Shown here in pieces: positions 16,165 through 25,104 of a stretch of 64,000 bases of DNA. The position numbers and the translations under genes were made by a program. Every line of letters begins with the position of its first letter. Within the stretch, counting starts at the first letter, position 1. Source of the stretch: Thermodesulfobacteriota bacterium (GTDB taxonomy: Bacteria; Desulfobacterota; BSN033; UBA1163); NCBI GenBank assembly GCA_026415035.1, contig JAOAHX010000008.1, positions 16,270-80,269 on the forward strand. Reading direction: 5' to 3'. The notes beneath the pieces are model-generated. The model saw only the letters and a list, made by a program, of their open reading frames with translations. It had not been told where the DNA came from and made no database searches.

Positions 16165-18015
16165 ATGAGGGGGGCTCACCTCAAAGCCATCCTCCTTAAA
16201 ATCCTGATCTTCTCCCTCTCGGTTCAGGGCGATCCCTCCCATGCCTTTCGACGCCTCGGAACACCCATTCAGGAGGGTATTCCCTGGGGCGTTTATGTCG
16301 GCCCAGGAAAGTCCGGGAGGATGGATACCCTCTATGTGGTGCTAGGTCGCTACCAGGAATCGGTCGCCCTCCTCTCGGTCTCTCCCGATACAGGGGAGGT
16401 CCGACAGTTCAACGGCCCCCTGCCCAGTGAGATGGGGTCTTGGGGCTTTGCGCTCGATCAGGAAGGCCGGATCTATCTCGGCACCTATTACCGTGCCCAC
16501 CTCCTCCGATTCGACCCGAAAACGGAGCGATGGGAAGACCTGGGTCGGCCAGCTGGAGAGGGCGAGTCTTTCATCTGCAGCCTCACCACAGCGCCGGATG
16601 GAAAGATCTGGGGAGGGACCTTCCCTTCAGCAAAACTCTTCTCCTACGATCCGAAGACAGGAAAGATGGAAGATCATGGCCGGATGGACGAGAAGGAGTT
16701 TTACTGCTATCCGACCGCCGGCGAGGACGGTTTGATCTATTGTGCGATCCGGTTTTCGAGGACGGACATCGTCGTCTTCGACCCGGCCACGAAGGCGAAA
16801 CGGTCCCTCCTCCCCTCCACGGAGCGGCAGCCGGGCTGGCTTCACCTCACCAAGGGAAGGGATGGAAAGGTCTATGCGAAGCTTCCCTCGGGAAGGTGGT
16901 ACCGGGCCGAAAAGGGAACGGATCTCGTCGCCGTCTCCGAATCGGAGATCCCGTTTCCGAGGGTGGGTCTTCCTGACGGGAGGCGTTTCCATCTGATCGA
17001 TCCCCACCTTCTGAGGATCGAAAACCCGGCCACCGGGGAGGTGCGGGAGATCGTTTTGAGGCACGAAGCCTCTGGGGCTTTTCTCTTTTTGGTGGGATCG
17101 GGCCCTGAGGGAAGGATTTATGGAAGCAGCATGCTCCCCCTGAGGCTATTCAATTATGACCCCCAGACGGGGAGAATGGCCAACCTTGGCAAGGCCTCTT
17201 TTTCGACAGGCCAGATCTATTCGATGGGGCCTTTAGGTGGCAAACTCTATCTCTGCGCCTATCCATCCGCCAGGCTCTCGGTTTACGATCCTGCCAAACC
17301 TCTCCATTTTGGAGATGGCCCAGAGGCCAATCCGAGGGACCTGGGACCCTTCGGAGAGGGGCAGGATCGGCCGAGGGCGATGATCGCAGGCCCCCAGGGC
17401 AAGGTCTATGTCGGAAGTTATCCGGATTATGGACTTCATGGAGGAGCCCTGAACGTTTATGATCCTGAGAGGGGTGAGAAACGGGTCTACCGAGACGTCG
17501 TACCGAACCAGAGCCTTGCCTCCTTGGCCTTTGTAGAATCCCTAAATCTGATCGTGGCCGGGAGTTCGGTCCGGGGTGGCGGAGGGACCCGTGCCCTCGA
17601 GAAGGAGGCCAAGCTTCTCCTCTGGGATCCCAGGAAGGAGAAGAAAGTTTTTGAGACCATCCCCGTTCCAGAGGCCAAGACCATCCTCTCCCTTGCCGCG
17701 ACCCCAGATGGCCTCGTCTTTGGGATCACCGACAACGAGAAGGTCTTTGTCTTCGACCCCGCAAGCAGGACGGTGAGGTCGATCTTCCCCCTCGGATTGA
17801 AAAACCCGGTAGAGGTTTCCCTTCAGAGAGGACCGGAGGGACTGCTTTACGGGCTTACTCGGGAGATGATCTTCTTTATCCAGCCTGGCCGCGATGAGGT
17901 CTTTCCCTTAGGCAAACCTCCTGTGCCGGTTACGGCTGGGATGGCCATTGGAGGAAGACAGATCTATTTCGGGTCCCATGCGGACCTGTATGAATTTGAG
18001 ATCCCCTCTTATTAG
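16165..18015 (+). CDS. secreted beta-propeller repeat protein
   Basis: Signal peptide. At least 8 repeats of the hydrophobic-x-[YF]-DP-x-T/K-x form (FDPKTERWEDLG, FSYDPKTGKMEDHG, FNYDPQTGRMANLG, VYDPERGEKRVY, LWDPRKEKKVF, VFDPASRTVRSI). Start placed at the internal ATG (16165) that avoids overlap with the upstream gene. Confidence 0.5.
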   Translation: MRGAHLKAILLKILIFSLSVQGDPSHAFRRLGTPIQEGIPWGVYVGPGKSGRMDTLYVVLGRYQESVALLSVSPDTGEVRQFNGPLPSEMGSWGFALDQEGRIYLGTYYRAHLLRFDPKTERWEDLGRPAGEGESFICSLTTAPDGKIWGGTFPSAKLFSYDPKTGKMEDHGRMDEKEFYCYPTAGEDGLIYCAIRFSRTDIVVFDPATKAKRSLLPSTERQPGWLHLTKGRDGKVYAKLPSGRWYRAEKGTDLVAVSESEIPFPRVGLPDGRRFHLIDPHLLRIENPATGEVREIVLRHEASGAFLFLVGSGPEGRIYGSSMLPLRLFNYDPQTGRMANLGKASFSTGQIYSMGPLGGKLYLCAYPSARLSVYDPAKPLHFGDGPEANPRDLGPFGEGQDRPRAMIAGPQGKVYVGSYPDYGLHGGALNVYDPERGEKRVYRDVVPNQSLASLAFVESLNLIVAGSSVRGGGGTRALEKEAKLLLWDPRKEKKVFETIPVPEAKTILSLAATPDGLVFGITDNEKVFVFDPASRTVRSIFPLGLKNPVEVSLQRGPEGLLYGLTREMIFFIQPGRDEVFPLGKPPVPVTAGMAIGGRQIYFGSHADLYEFEIPSY

Positions 18016-18104
18016 TAAGGTTGGGAAACGGCCTTGGGTCATGGAGCCGATTCGACCTCCGAGGATCCGAACCGCCACGCCCCTTAAAAAGGGAAACGCG
18101 GCCG

Positions 18105-19847
18105 TCACCAGCTTCCCCCTCCGCCGCCGCCGAAGCCCCCTCCTGAAAAGCCCCCTCCCCCGAAGCCGCCCCCACCCCTTCCGCCGCTGCTTCCTCTGGG
18201 AGCGGAAAACATCGCGGCACCGAGACTCGAGGCCACCGCCTCCATGGAACGGGTAAAACCGACCGGGTGAAAGGTCCTTAATCCTCCTGGAGAGATATAC
18301 CAGGAGGGCGGCTCCTGATAAATCCCCTCAAAGGCCTCTGCCCAGTTGTCCGCGACATCGAGGGCGATGGCATAGGGTAAATATCTCGAGAAGAGGTCTT
18401 TATCTCCCATCCGCTCGAGCCGGTCTTTCTCTGCGCGATTCATAAACTCCTGAAATCCCAAAATCGCCATATAGGCCAGGGCACCGGCTTTGGTTTTGGC
18501 CGGCATATGCCGGCCAAAGAAAAGGACGGGAAGCCCGGTCAGCCCCGCTGTCACAAACCCCTTCCACATCGAGGCGGGAGAGAGGAACGCCAGGACAAAG
18601 CCTCCGAAGACGATGATGAGAAATCCCACGAGAAAATAGAGGGTTCGGACTTTCTCGGGATTGACGAGAAAATATCTATTTTTGACGAGCTCCCCATAGA
18701 GGGTCTTCTTCAGGGAGGGTAATTCCTTGTAAAATTGATTCTTCAAACTGGATACGGAGAGGCGGGGGGAGGCCGAGGAGAAGAGGCGTTTCATCAGTTC
18801 TGACTCAAAAGAACTAAGTCCGCTATCAGGCTCTTTGATTTTATTGAGATAGAAATCCGATCGGTCAAAGATCAACCCTTCCTTCTTCACCTCTTCGATC
18901 TGGATGTAACCCTTGACCGCAAGTCCAACGATCGTCGAGGTGATGTCCCTCGGATCCAGTTTTTCATCGAGCAGGGTTCCTGCCTCTGCCGGAGTGAGAA
19001 AACGGCTCCCCACTTTTGGGGGTTCGTAGGCAACAGTAACAGCCTCTCTCACTCTCGGGTCTCTCCCCTTCCTGTACCAGCGATTGAACATAAAGAGAAA
19101 GGAGACCATGGGAAGGAAAAAGACCCAATTCTCCTGAAGGTTGATCCTCCATAAAAATTTCTTCCAGGAAGGAGGAGGGGAGACGAGCCCTTTATCCCAT
19201 CCAAAGGCAACCGTCAGGCCCTCTCCGGGTGCCAGGCTCTTGCGGGCAATAAATTTCCCCCGATGATCGTTCGCTTCAACGTCACACTCCGAGGCTTTGG
19301 AGCCGTAAGTTCCCGTGAATCCGGCCGCCCATACATTCTTGCTCTCCTCCTTTGTCGCAAGAAAGACCTCTGCAGAGGCCTTGAGGATATCGGCCTTCCA
19401 GGCATTCCCGGTCACGTTCCAGTAAAGCTCATCGTGATCATCGAGAAAGAGGACGGCATTCTCCACCTGGTAGGTGATCACGTAGGTCTGGTCTCCGGAG
19501 ACAAACCGCTTGGGATCACCGATCCGGATATGAATGACCGAACCCGATTTTTTGACCTGATACTTCCAGGGATTTCCGGATCCATCTTTCACGGACAGGA
19601 CGGTCGTCGGTGTGGTGATCGTCCGGCCGAACTCATCCTTATATTTGAAGGGGATCTCCCGGTAAATCCCATGCCTGGGTTGGTGGAACTTCACCTCGAT
19701 CGTCTCACGGACAATAAAAGAGGAGTCTTTCCGAATGGAGATATCGGCGTGGAACCGGGTGATGGTGAAGTGCTGGGCGAAGAGGGGAGTATGAAATAGG
19801 GTGAGCTCGCAGATGAGAAGGATGAAAAGGAATTGATGAAACGCCAT
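18105..19847 (-). CDS. DUF2207-family membrane protein with Gly-rich C-terminal tail
   Basis: Signal peptide plus a large extracytoplasmic domain, TM helices and a GGGFGGGGFSGGGFGGGGGGSW tail. This is the usual LemA-partner architecture. Confidence 0.7.
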   Translation of the reverse strand: MAFHQFLFILLICELTLFHTPLFAQHFTITRFHADISIRKDSSFIVRETIEVKFHQPRHGIYREIPFKYKDEFGRTITTPTTVLSVKDGSGNPWKYQVKKSGSVIHIRIGDPKRFVSGDQTYVITYQVENAVLFLDDHDELYWNVTGNAWKADILKASAEVFLATKEESKNVWAAGFTGTYGSKASECDVEANDHRGKFIARKSLAPGEGLTVAFGWDKGLVSPPPSWKKFLWRINLQENWVFFLPMVSFLFMFNRWYRKGRDPRVREAVTVAYEPPKVGSRFLTPAEAGTLLDEKLDPRDITSTIVGLAVKGYIQIEEVKKEGLIFDRSDFYLNKIKEPDSGLSSFESELMKRLFSSASPRLSVSSLKNQFYKELPSLKKTLYGELVKNRYFLVNPEKVRTLYFLVGFLIIVFGGFVLAFLSPASMWKGFVTAGLTGLPVLFFGRHMPAKTKAGALAYMAILGFQEFMNRAEKDRLERMGDKDLFSRYLPYAIALDVADNWAEAFEGIYQEPPSWYISPGGLRTFHPVGFTRSMEAVASSLGAAMFSAPRGSSGGRGGGGFGGGGFSGGGFGGGGGGSW

Positions 19848-19926
19848 CTTTCCTCCTCGGCCTCGACCGGACCTTCGGGAAGGGGAAGAGGGTGGTTCTT
19901 CCTTCCCCCAATGGAGCTTAATCGGC

Positions 19927-20487
19927 TCAGGAAAAGCTCACCTTCACCGGCCTTCTTTCCACCTCGGGGGTCTCAAGCTGAAACAATTCGGCCTGTCTGA
20001 AACCGAAGAGGGAGGCGATGAGATTTGAGGGAACCGATTCGATGAGGGTGTTATAATCCCGAACGACCGCATTATAATATCGCCTGGCATATTCGATGTT
20101 ATTCTCCAATTCCTGCAACTGGGTCTGGAGCTGCATGAAGTTGGCATTGGCTTTGAGTTCAGGATAAGCCTCCGCAACGGCAAACAGGCTCTTGAGCGTA
20201 TCCCTGATCATGTTCTCGGCCTTGGCCATCTCCGCAGGAGAGTTTGCCTGCATGGCCATGGTCCTCGCCTGGGTCACCTTCTCGAAGACGGCTTTTTCAT
20301 GTGCAGCATATCCCTTTACGGTCTCCACCAGATTGGGGACGAGGTCGAATCGTTTCTTGCACTGGACATCGATGTCCGACCACGAAGACTTGACCGTATT
20401 CCTGAGTCGAACGAGTTTGTTGTAGATGAAGATGACAACGGCAGCGATCACGATCGCGAGGACGAGGAGAACGATGGTCAGGGCCAT
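19927..20487 (-). CDS. LemA family protein
   Basis: N-terminal TM, then WSDIDVQCKKRFDLVPNLVETVKGYAAHEK ... LFAVAEAYPELKAN (LemA signature). Confidence 0.85.
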   Translation of the reverse strand: MALTIVLLVLAIVIAAVVIFIYNKLVRLRNTVKSSWSDIDVQCKKRFDLVPNLVETVKGYAAHEKAVFEKVTQARTMAMQANSPAEMAKAENMIRDTLKSLFAVAEAYPELKANANFMQLQTQLQELENNIEYARRYYNAVVRDYNTLIESVPSNLIASLFGFRQAELFQLETPEVERRPVKVSFS

Positions 20488-20616
20488 GGATTCCTCCTAC
20501 CGGGAAATTTTACTGTAGGGTACAGAATTAAAAGAATTTTTTCAAGCGCCGACCCCAGATCCCCTAAGGCCAGGGCATCCAATTGACAAAAAAATTGGCT
20601 CCTTCTACATTTAATT

Positions 20617-21762
20617 TTGAGGATGGTGGGAGTCAGTCGAAGAGAGTTTCTCAAGAAGGCTGGCGAAGGGTTTCTGAGGCAGGCCCTCCTTCCCGGCTTT
20701 CTCATCACCCTGTTTAAAGCCTCTCGGGCTTGTGGGGAAAAAAGGGCGGAGATCCTTCGGGAGGCTCTACACTACCAGAAGCTCCCCCAGGGTCGGGTGC
20801 GATGCCATCTCTGCTTTAGGGGATGTGAAATCTTTCCCGGAAGAAGGGGATTTTGTCGAAACCGGGAGAATTGGAACGGCACGCTTTACAGCATCGCCTA
20901 TGGAAAGGCAGCGGCCCTCCAGATCGACCCCATCGAAAAAGAACCCTCTTTCCACATGATCCCTGGCACCCAGATCTTTTGCACGGCCACGGCAAGCTGC
21001 AATTTTCGCTGTAAATTCTGTCATAACTGGCACCTCTCCCAGAAGGGCGTGGAGGAGGTCCCTTATGTCACGGTGAGGCCCGAAGAGATCGTAAGAAAGG
21101 CCATCGAATATCGTTGTGAAACGGTCTCCTTTACCTACTCGGAGCCCACGGTCTTCTATGAGTACATGCTCGACATCGTGAGGATCGCAAAGGAGAAGGG
21201 GCTCAAGACCCTCTACCATACGAACGGCTCCATCCGGAAAGAGCCCCTTCTTGCCCTGCTCCCATATATGGATGCCGTCACCGTCGATCTGAAAGCCTTC
21301 ACCGAAAGGTTCTATTCGGACATCTCCTCCTCCGAACTCGAGCCCGTCCTTCAGACCCTGAAGACCATCCGATCCTACGGCCGACATCTCGAGATCGTCA
21401 ACCTCCTCATTCCCACCTTGAATGACGATCCCGCCGATATCCAGAGGATGTGTCATTGGATCAGAAACCACCTCGGCAAAGAGATCCCCCTTCACCTCAA
21501 TCGGTTCTTCCCGAATTATAAACTGACCCACCTCCCACCGACCCCCATCGAGACCCTTGAACGGGCCCATCGGATCGCTAAAGAAGCGGGACTGGAATAC
21601 GTCTACATCGGAAATGTCCCTGGCCACGAGAAGAATTCCACCTTCTGCCCGCGATGTCAGAAAAAGATTATCCACCGAACCCACTTTTCGGTGACCGCCA
21701 TCGAGATCAGAAACGGGAAGTGCCGGTTCTGCGGCTATCCCATCGCAGGGATTTGGGCTTAG
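20617..21762 (+). CDS. radical SAM enzyme, AmmeMemoRadiSam/PFL-activase-like, with Tat-like N-terminal motif
   Basis: CNFRCKFCHNW (CxxxCxxC) plus an N-terminal Cys cluster CHLCFRGCEIFPGRRGFC and a C-terminal CPRCQ...CRFCGYP. The N-terminus SRREFLKKAG, a hydrophobic stretch and ASRA resemble a twin-arginine signal. Confidence 0.75.
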   Translation: MRMVGVSRREFLKKAGEGFLRQALLPGFLITLFKASRACGEKRAEILREALHYQKLPQGRVRCHLCFRGCEIFPGRRGFCRNRENWNGTLYSIAYGKAAALQIDPIEKEPSFHMIPGTQIFCTATASCNFRCKFCHNWHLSQKGVEEVPYVTVRPEEIVRKAIEYRCETVSFTYSEPTVFYEYMLDIVRIAKEKGLKTLYHTNGSIRKEPLLALLPYMDAVTVDLKAFTERFYSDISSSELEPVLQTLKTIRSYGRHLEIVNLLIPTLNDDPADIQRMCHWIRNHLGKEIPLHLNRFFPNYKLTHLPPTPIETLERAHRIAKEAGLEYVYIGNVPGHEKNSTFCPRCQKKIIHRTHFSVTAIEIRNGKCRFCGYPIAGIWA

Positions 21763-22194
21763 CGATTCCCGTGGGCCTCGATCCCTTCGGCCTTAGGCCG
21801 GTATCGAGGCCGGCTCAACTTTTAGCATGCCCTTAAAGGAAGAACCTCAATCCTTAAAAAGCATGTTAAGGCATTAAGGCTCTTCCGGGTTTTTAATGGG
21901 TCCCATCCCATTATATTCCATTATATTAAGGAAAGGAGGGGAGGGGTTATGGGTTGGTCAGGTTTAGCCTAAATCCATTCATCTGTATTCCGGATCCATC
22001 CGAGTGAATTTTATAACCTCCCTCCCCCTTAACCCCCGTTATCCCCCTAAGCTAAGAGGGGGATTTAAAGGGACGTCAGGAAGGAGGTAATTTCCCACAC
22101 GAATTCCCGAAGAACCTAAATGAAGAGTGATTTGCCGATGGTCAGATTCCCATTCCGGTTAAAACATCGAAACAGAGGGGGAGGACGGAAGGGT

Positions 22195-23142
22195 TCAGAC
22201 GTGGTTTCGGAGTTGGAGCTCGAGGGGATGGGGGTGGAGATAGACCTGCTCTTTCAGATAGGGTTGGTCGTATTTTCGGACATAGTGTTGAATGAGGGTG
22301 ATGGGGACGATCAAGGGAAGAATCCCTCTTCGATACTGATCGATAACCTCGAGGAGTTCCTGTTTTTCGTCGGGAGAGAGGTTTTCTCTGAAATAACCCA
22401 TCATGTGCATCAAGACGTTGGCGTGTTTCTTTGGGGTGGTTTGGAGTCGAAGGGCTTCCATGAGGAGGGCCTGGTATTTCCGGTAGAGCTCTTTGATGGG
22501 AAACTCTTTGGCCTTCGCCACCAGCGTTCCAAGGACCTGGTAATGCTTGGGACTGTGGGAGAGGATGAGGAGCTTGTGCTGGGTGTGGAATTGGACGAGG
22601 GGACCGCGGCTCTCCTTACGGGCCAGCATCTCCCTCCACCGCTTCAGGGTGAAGACCCTCTCGATGAAGTTTTCCCGGAGCTTCGGATCGTGGAGCCTGC
22701 CTTCCTCTTCGACCGGTAAAAGAGGAAAATGCTCCATAAAGATCCTCGCGAACACGCCCACGCCCCTTTTTACCGGTATTCCTTTATCGTTATAGACCTT
22801 TACCCGTTCCATCCCGCTGCTGGGCGAGTCGCTTTTGAAGATGAAACCGCAGAGGTCCTCTTTTTCCAACTCGGCGACCCGTCTTCGGGCCCATCGAACC
22901 ATCTGGTCGGTGAGGTCCCTTTTCGTTTGGATCGTCAACAACCGGGGGGAGTCCGGCGGACCCACGAGATGCATCGCCTCCCTCGGGATCGGAAGGCCGC
23001 ACTCCACCTCCGGGCAGACGGGGACGTACTCCACATATCGGCCCAAGGTGTCGCGAAGAAACCGGTCCAATTTGTGTCCGCCATCATAGCGGACGTTCTG
23101 ACCGAGCAGACAGGCGCTGATCCCCAGTTTGATTTTTTCCAT
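22195..23142 (-). CDS. DUF523 + DUF1722 (YbgA-like) protein
   Basis: GISACLLGQNVRYDGG (DUF523 start), with the DUF1722-like helical C-terminal half. Confidence 0.75.
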   Translation of the reverse strand: MEKIKLGISACLLGQNVRYDGGHKLDRFLRDTLGRYVEYVPVCPEVECGLPIPREAMHLVGPPDSPRLLTIQTKRDLTDQMVRWARRRVAELEKEDLCGFIFKSDSPSSGMERVKVYNDKGIPVKRGVGVFARIFMEHFPLLPVEEEGRLHDPKLRENFIERVFTLKRWREMLARKESRGPLVQFHTQHKLLILSHSPKHYQVLGTLVAKAKEFPIKELYRKYQALLMEALRLQTTPKKHANVLMHMMGYFRENLSPDEKQELLEVIDQYRRGILPLIVPITLIQHYVRKYDQPYLKEQVYLHPHPLELQLRNHV

Positions 23143-24238
23143 CGAACCTCCCCGGCTCCCTCCTCCCCCCCTGTTTTAACGCCTCCTGGTAGATCTGAAC
23201 CAGACCCCTTGCTTCCTCTTCGGGGGTCGGCATTTTGGCTGCCTGTTCTCTCCCGTTGTCGCCGAGGGCCCGACGAAGTTCCTCCTCATCGATGAGACGA
23301 AGGGCCTGCTGGACGAAGTGTTCTGGCGATTCGGGATCGAAGAGAAGTCCCGCGGGAGCCCCTTCTCCCCCTCCACGAACCGGCCATCGGTTCCCCGGAA
23401 TATCGGATGCCAGGATGGGCTTTCCCGCTGCTTTGGCCTCAAGGAGGGCGTTGGAGAGGCCTTCGGAGGAAGAGGCATTGAGAACGATATCCGCTCCGGT
23501 GTAGGCCGAACGCATCGCCTGAAAGGGGATGAGGAAGAGCCATCGAGCAAAGAAAAAGAGGAGGTTCACCTCGGCCTTGAATCTTTCTCCATAGGCCTTA
23601 TCGATGACCGGGCCGCTGAAGACCGCCCGGATCTTCGGCCTCAAACGATGGACCTTTTCGAGAAGTAGCAGGGCTTTCAGATTTCCCTTCACCGGACGGA
23701 TTCCCGCGGGATAAAAGAAGAGGATATCCTCCGGGCCGCAGTGGGCCACCTCCCGAAGGTCGAAGGCTTCGTCTCCCATCCAGCAGAAGGATTTGGGAAG
23801 GAAGGCGACCTTCCCCCGAACGTCCGGATAGGAATGCCCTATCTGTTGGATCATCTCTTCGCTCTGGGCGATAATCGCCTTTGCTCCCTCGAAGATCCTC
23901 GTGATGATGGGCCGACGATCCCTCTGGTAGGTATCGAGAGAAAGGTCGGTCCCCCCCGGGGAGACCACCAAGGTCCACGGAGGGCCGGCCAACGCCTGAG
24001 GTAGGGCCAGAAATAAGGATCCCGTCCGGTAGGCATGGTGGAGGTGAACGATCTCGGGTTTGAAGTCGATTAGCCTCCGTTCCAACTCGATAGGGCTGAG
24101 ACCCTCGGTTGCCACTACCAAGACCTCTTGGCCTTCTCGGGAGAGAAAACGTCTCCACCTCTCGGTGGTAGAGGCGTTTCCGGTCGGGGTGGGATAGGCG
24201 GTGGGTGTGAGAATTAGAATTCGGAGAGAGGGACTCAA
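23084..24238 (-). CDS. glycosyltransferase family 4 (group 1 GT)
   Basis: GT-B fold features. The C-terminal half (GIRPVKGN...LFFARW...SSSEGLSNALLEAKAAGKPILASD) has the E-x7-E-like motif region typical of GT4. Confidence 0.75.
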   Translation of the reverse strand: MSPSLRILILTPTAYPTPTGNASTTERWRRFLSREGQEVLVVATEGLSPIELERRLIDFKPEIVHLHHAYRTGSLFLALPQALAGPPWTLVVSPGGTDLSLDTYQRDRRPIITRIFEGAKAIIAQSEEMIQQIGHSYPDVRGKVAFLPKSFCWMGDEAFDLREVAHCGPEDILFFYPAGIRPVKGNLKALLLLEKVHRLRPKIRAVFSGPVIDKAYGERFKAEVNLLFFFARWLFLIPFQAMRSAYTGADIVLNASSSEGLSNALLEAKAAGKPILASDIPGNRWPVRGGGEGAPAGLLFDPESPEHFVQQALRLIDEEELRRALGDNGREQAAKMPTPEEEARGLVQIYQEALKQGGRREPGRFDGKNQTGDQRLSARSERPL

Positions 24239-25104
24239 CTCAGGATCTCCGGAAAGGGGGTCAAGAAGATCTCCTTTCTTTTTAGGATAAGACGCAAATG
24301 GCCATCAAGCAATATCTTAAGTTCTTCTTCCCTGTCCTGGGTCGAAAACCCCGAGAAAGGGGTCTGCGGAGGGTCCTTTATCCTCCGTCCGGGATGGACC
24401 ATCCACTCGGTCAGACCATCGGGGAGAGTCTCGAGAAAGGATTCCACCCTCTGAAGGGAAGGGCGGTTTTTTAGATAGAGACCGTAAAAATGATCCGGCA
24501 CATGGAGTCCCGAGGCCAAGATGAAGGGCCGAGCGGCCTGGCCCAACTGGCTGAAGAATCTGGCCTCTTCCAGGGCAGAGGGAGATAAAGGGTCCTCCCC
24601 AAAATCCGAGATAGGTTCCTCTGGGATTCTGACCCAAGGGATCTCGTGCTTCAGGGCAGCCCTGATCATGGCCTTTAAAACGGCCGGAAATACATGAATA
24701 TGCTGATGGCCGTCGATGTGAGAAAGGGAAAGCCCCGATGTTTTGAGGAGGGTGATCTGGGCATCGATTTCACGACCGATCTCATCCTCAAGGAGGGGGT
24801 CGCCTTGGGTCATCAAAAGGCGTTGCGAGGCTGGTTTCCCCAGAAACGTCCCCTCGGGGCAGAGAAGCGGTGACGGCTTGGTCGATACGGGCCTTCCTTC
24901 TGAAAGATTGAGGTGAATTCCCCAAGAGATACGCCCAAAGGCGCTGGAACGAATCCTTTCAATGGCATCCCGAAGCCCTGGGCCATTCGGAAGGATGCTC
25001 ACGCTGGTCACCATGCCCGCCTGGATGGCTTCAAAGATTCCCGCGTTTCTCCCCTCATCGGCTCCGAGGTCATCCGCGTTGATGATGAGCCTTTTGGCGG
25101 TCAT
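24235..25104 (-). CDS. YdjC/ChbG/HpnK-family carbohydrate deacetylase
   Basis: LIINADDLG and HIDGHQHIH motifs. Start placed at MTAKRLI (25104), overlapping the upstream stop. Confidence 0.7.
   Translation of the reverse strand: MTAKRLIINADDLGADEGRNAGIFEAIQAGMVTSVSILPNGPGLRDAIERIRSSAFGRISWGIHLNLSEGRPVSTKPSPLLCPEGTFLGKPASQRLLMTQGDPLLEDEIGREIDAQITLLKTSGLSLSHIDGHQHIHVFPAVLKAMIRAALKHEIPWVRIPEEPISDFGEDPLSPSALEEARFFSQLGQAARPFILASGLHVPDHFYGLYLKNRPSLQRVESFLETLPDGLTEWMVHPGRRIKDPPQTPFSGFSTQDREEELKILLDGHLRLILKRKEIFLTPFPEILS

Noticed and set aside
22120-22719. 199-aa + strand ORF
   Set aside because: Antisense to the DUF523/DUF1722 gene.
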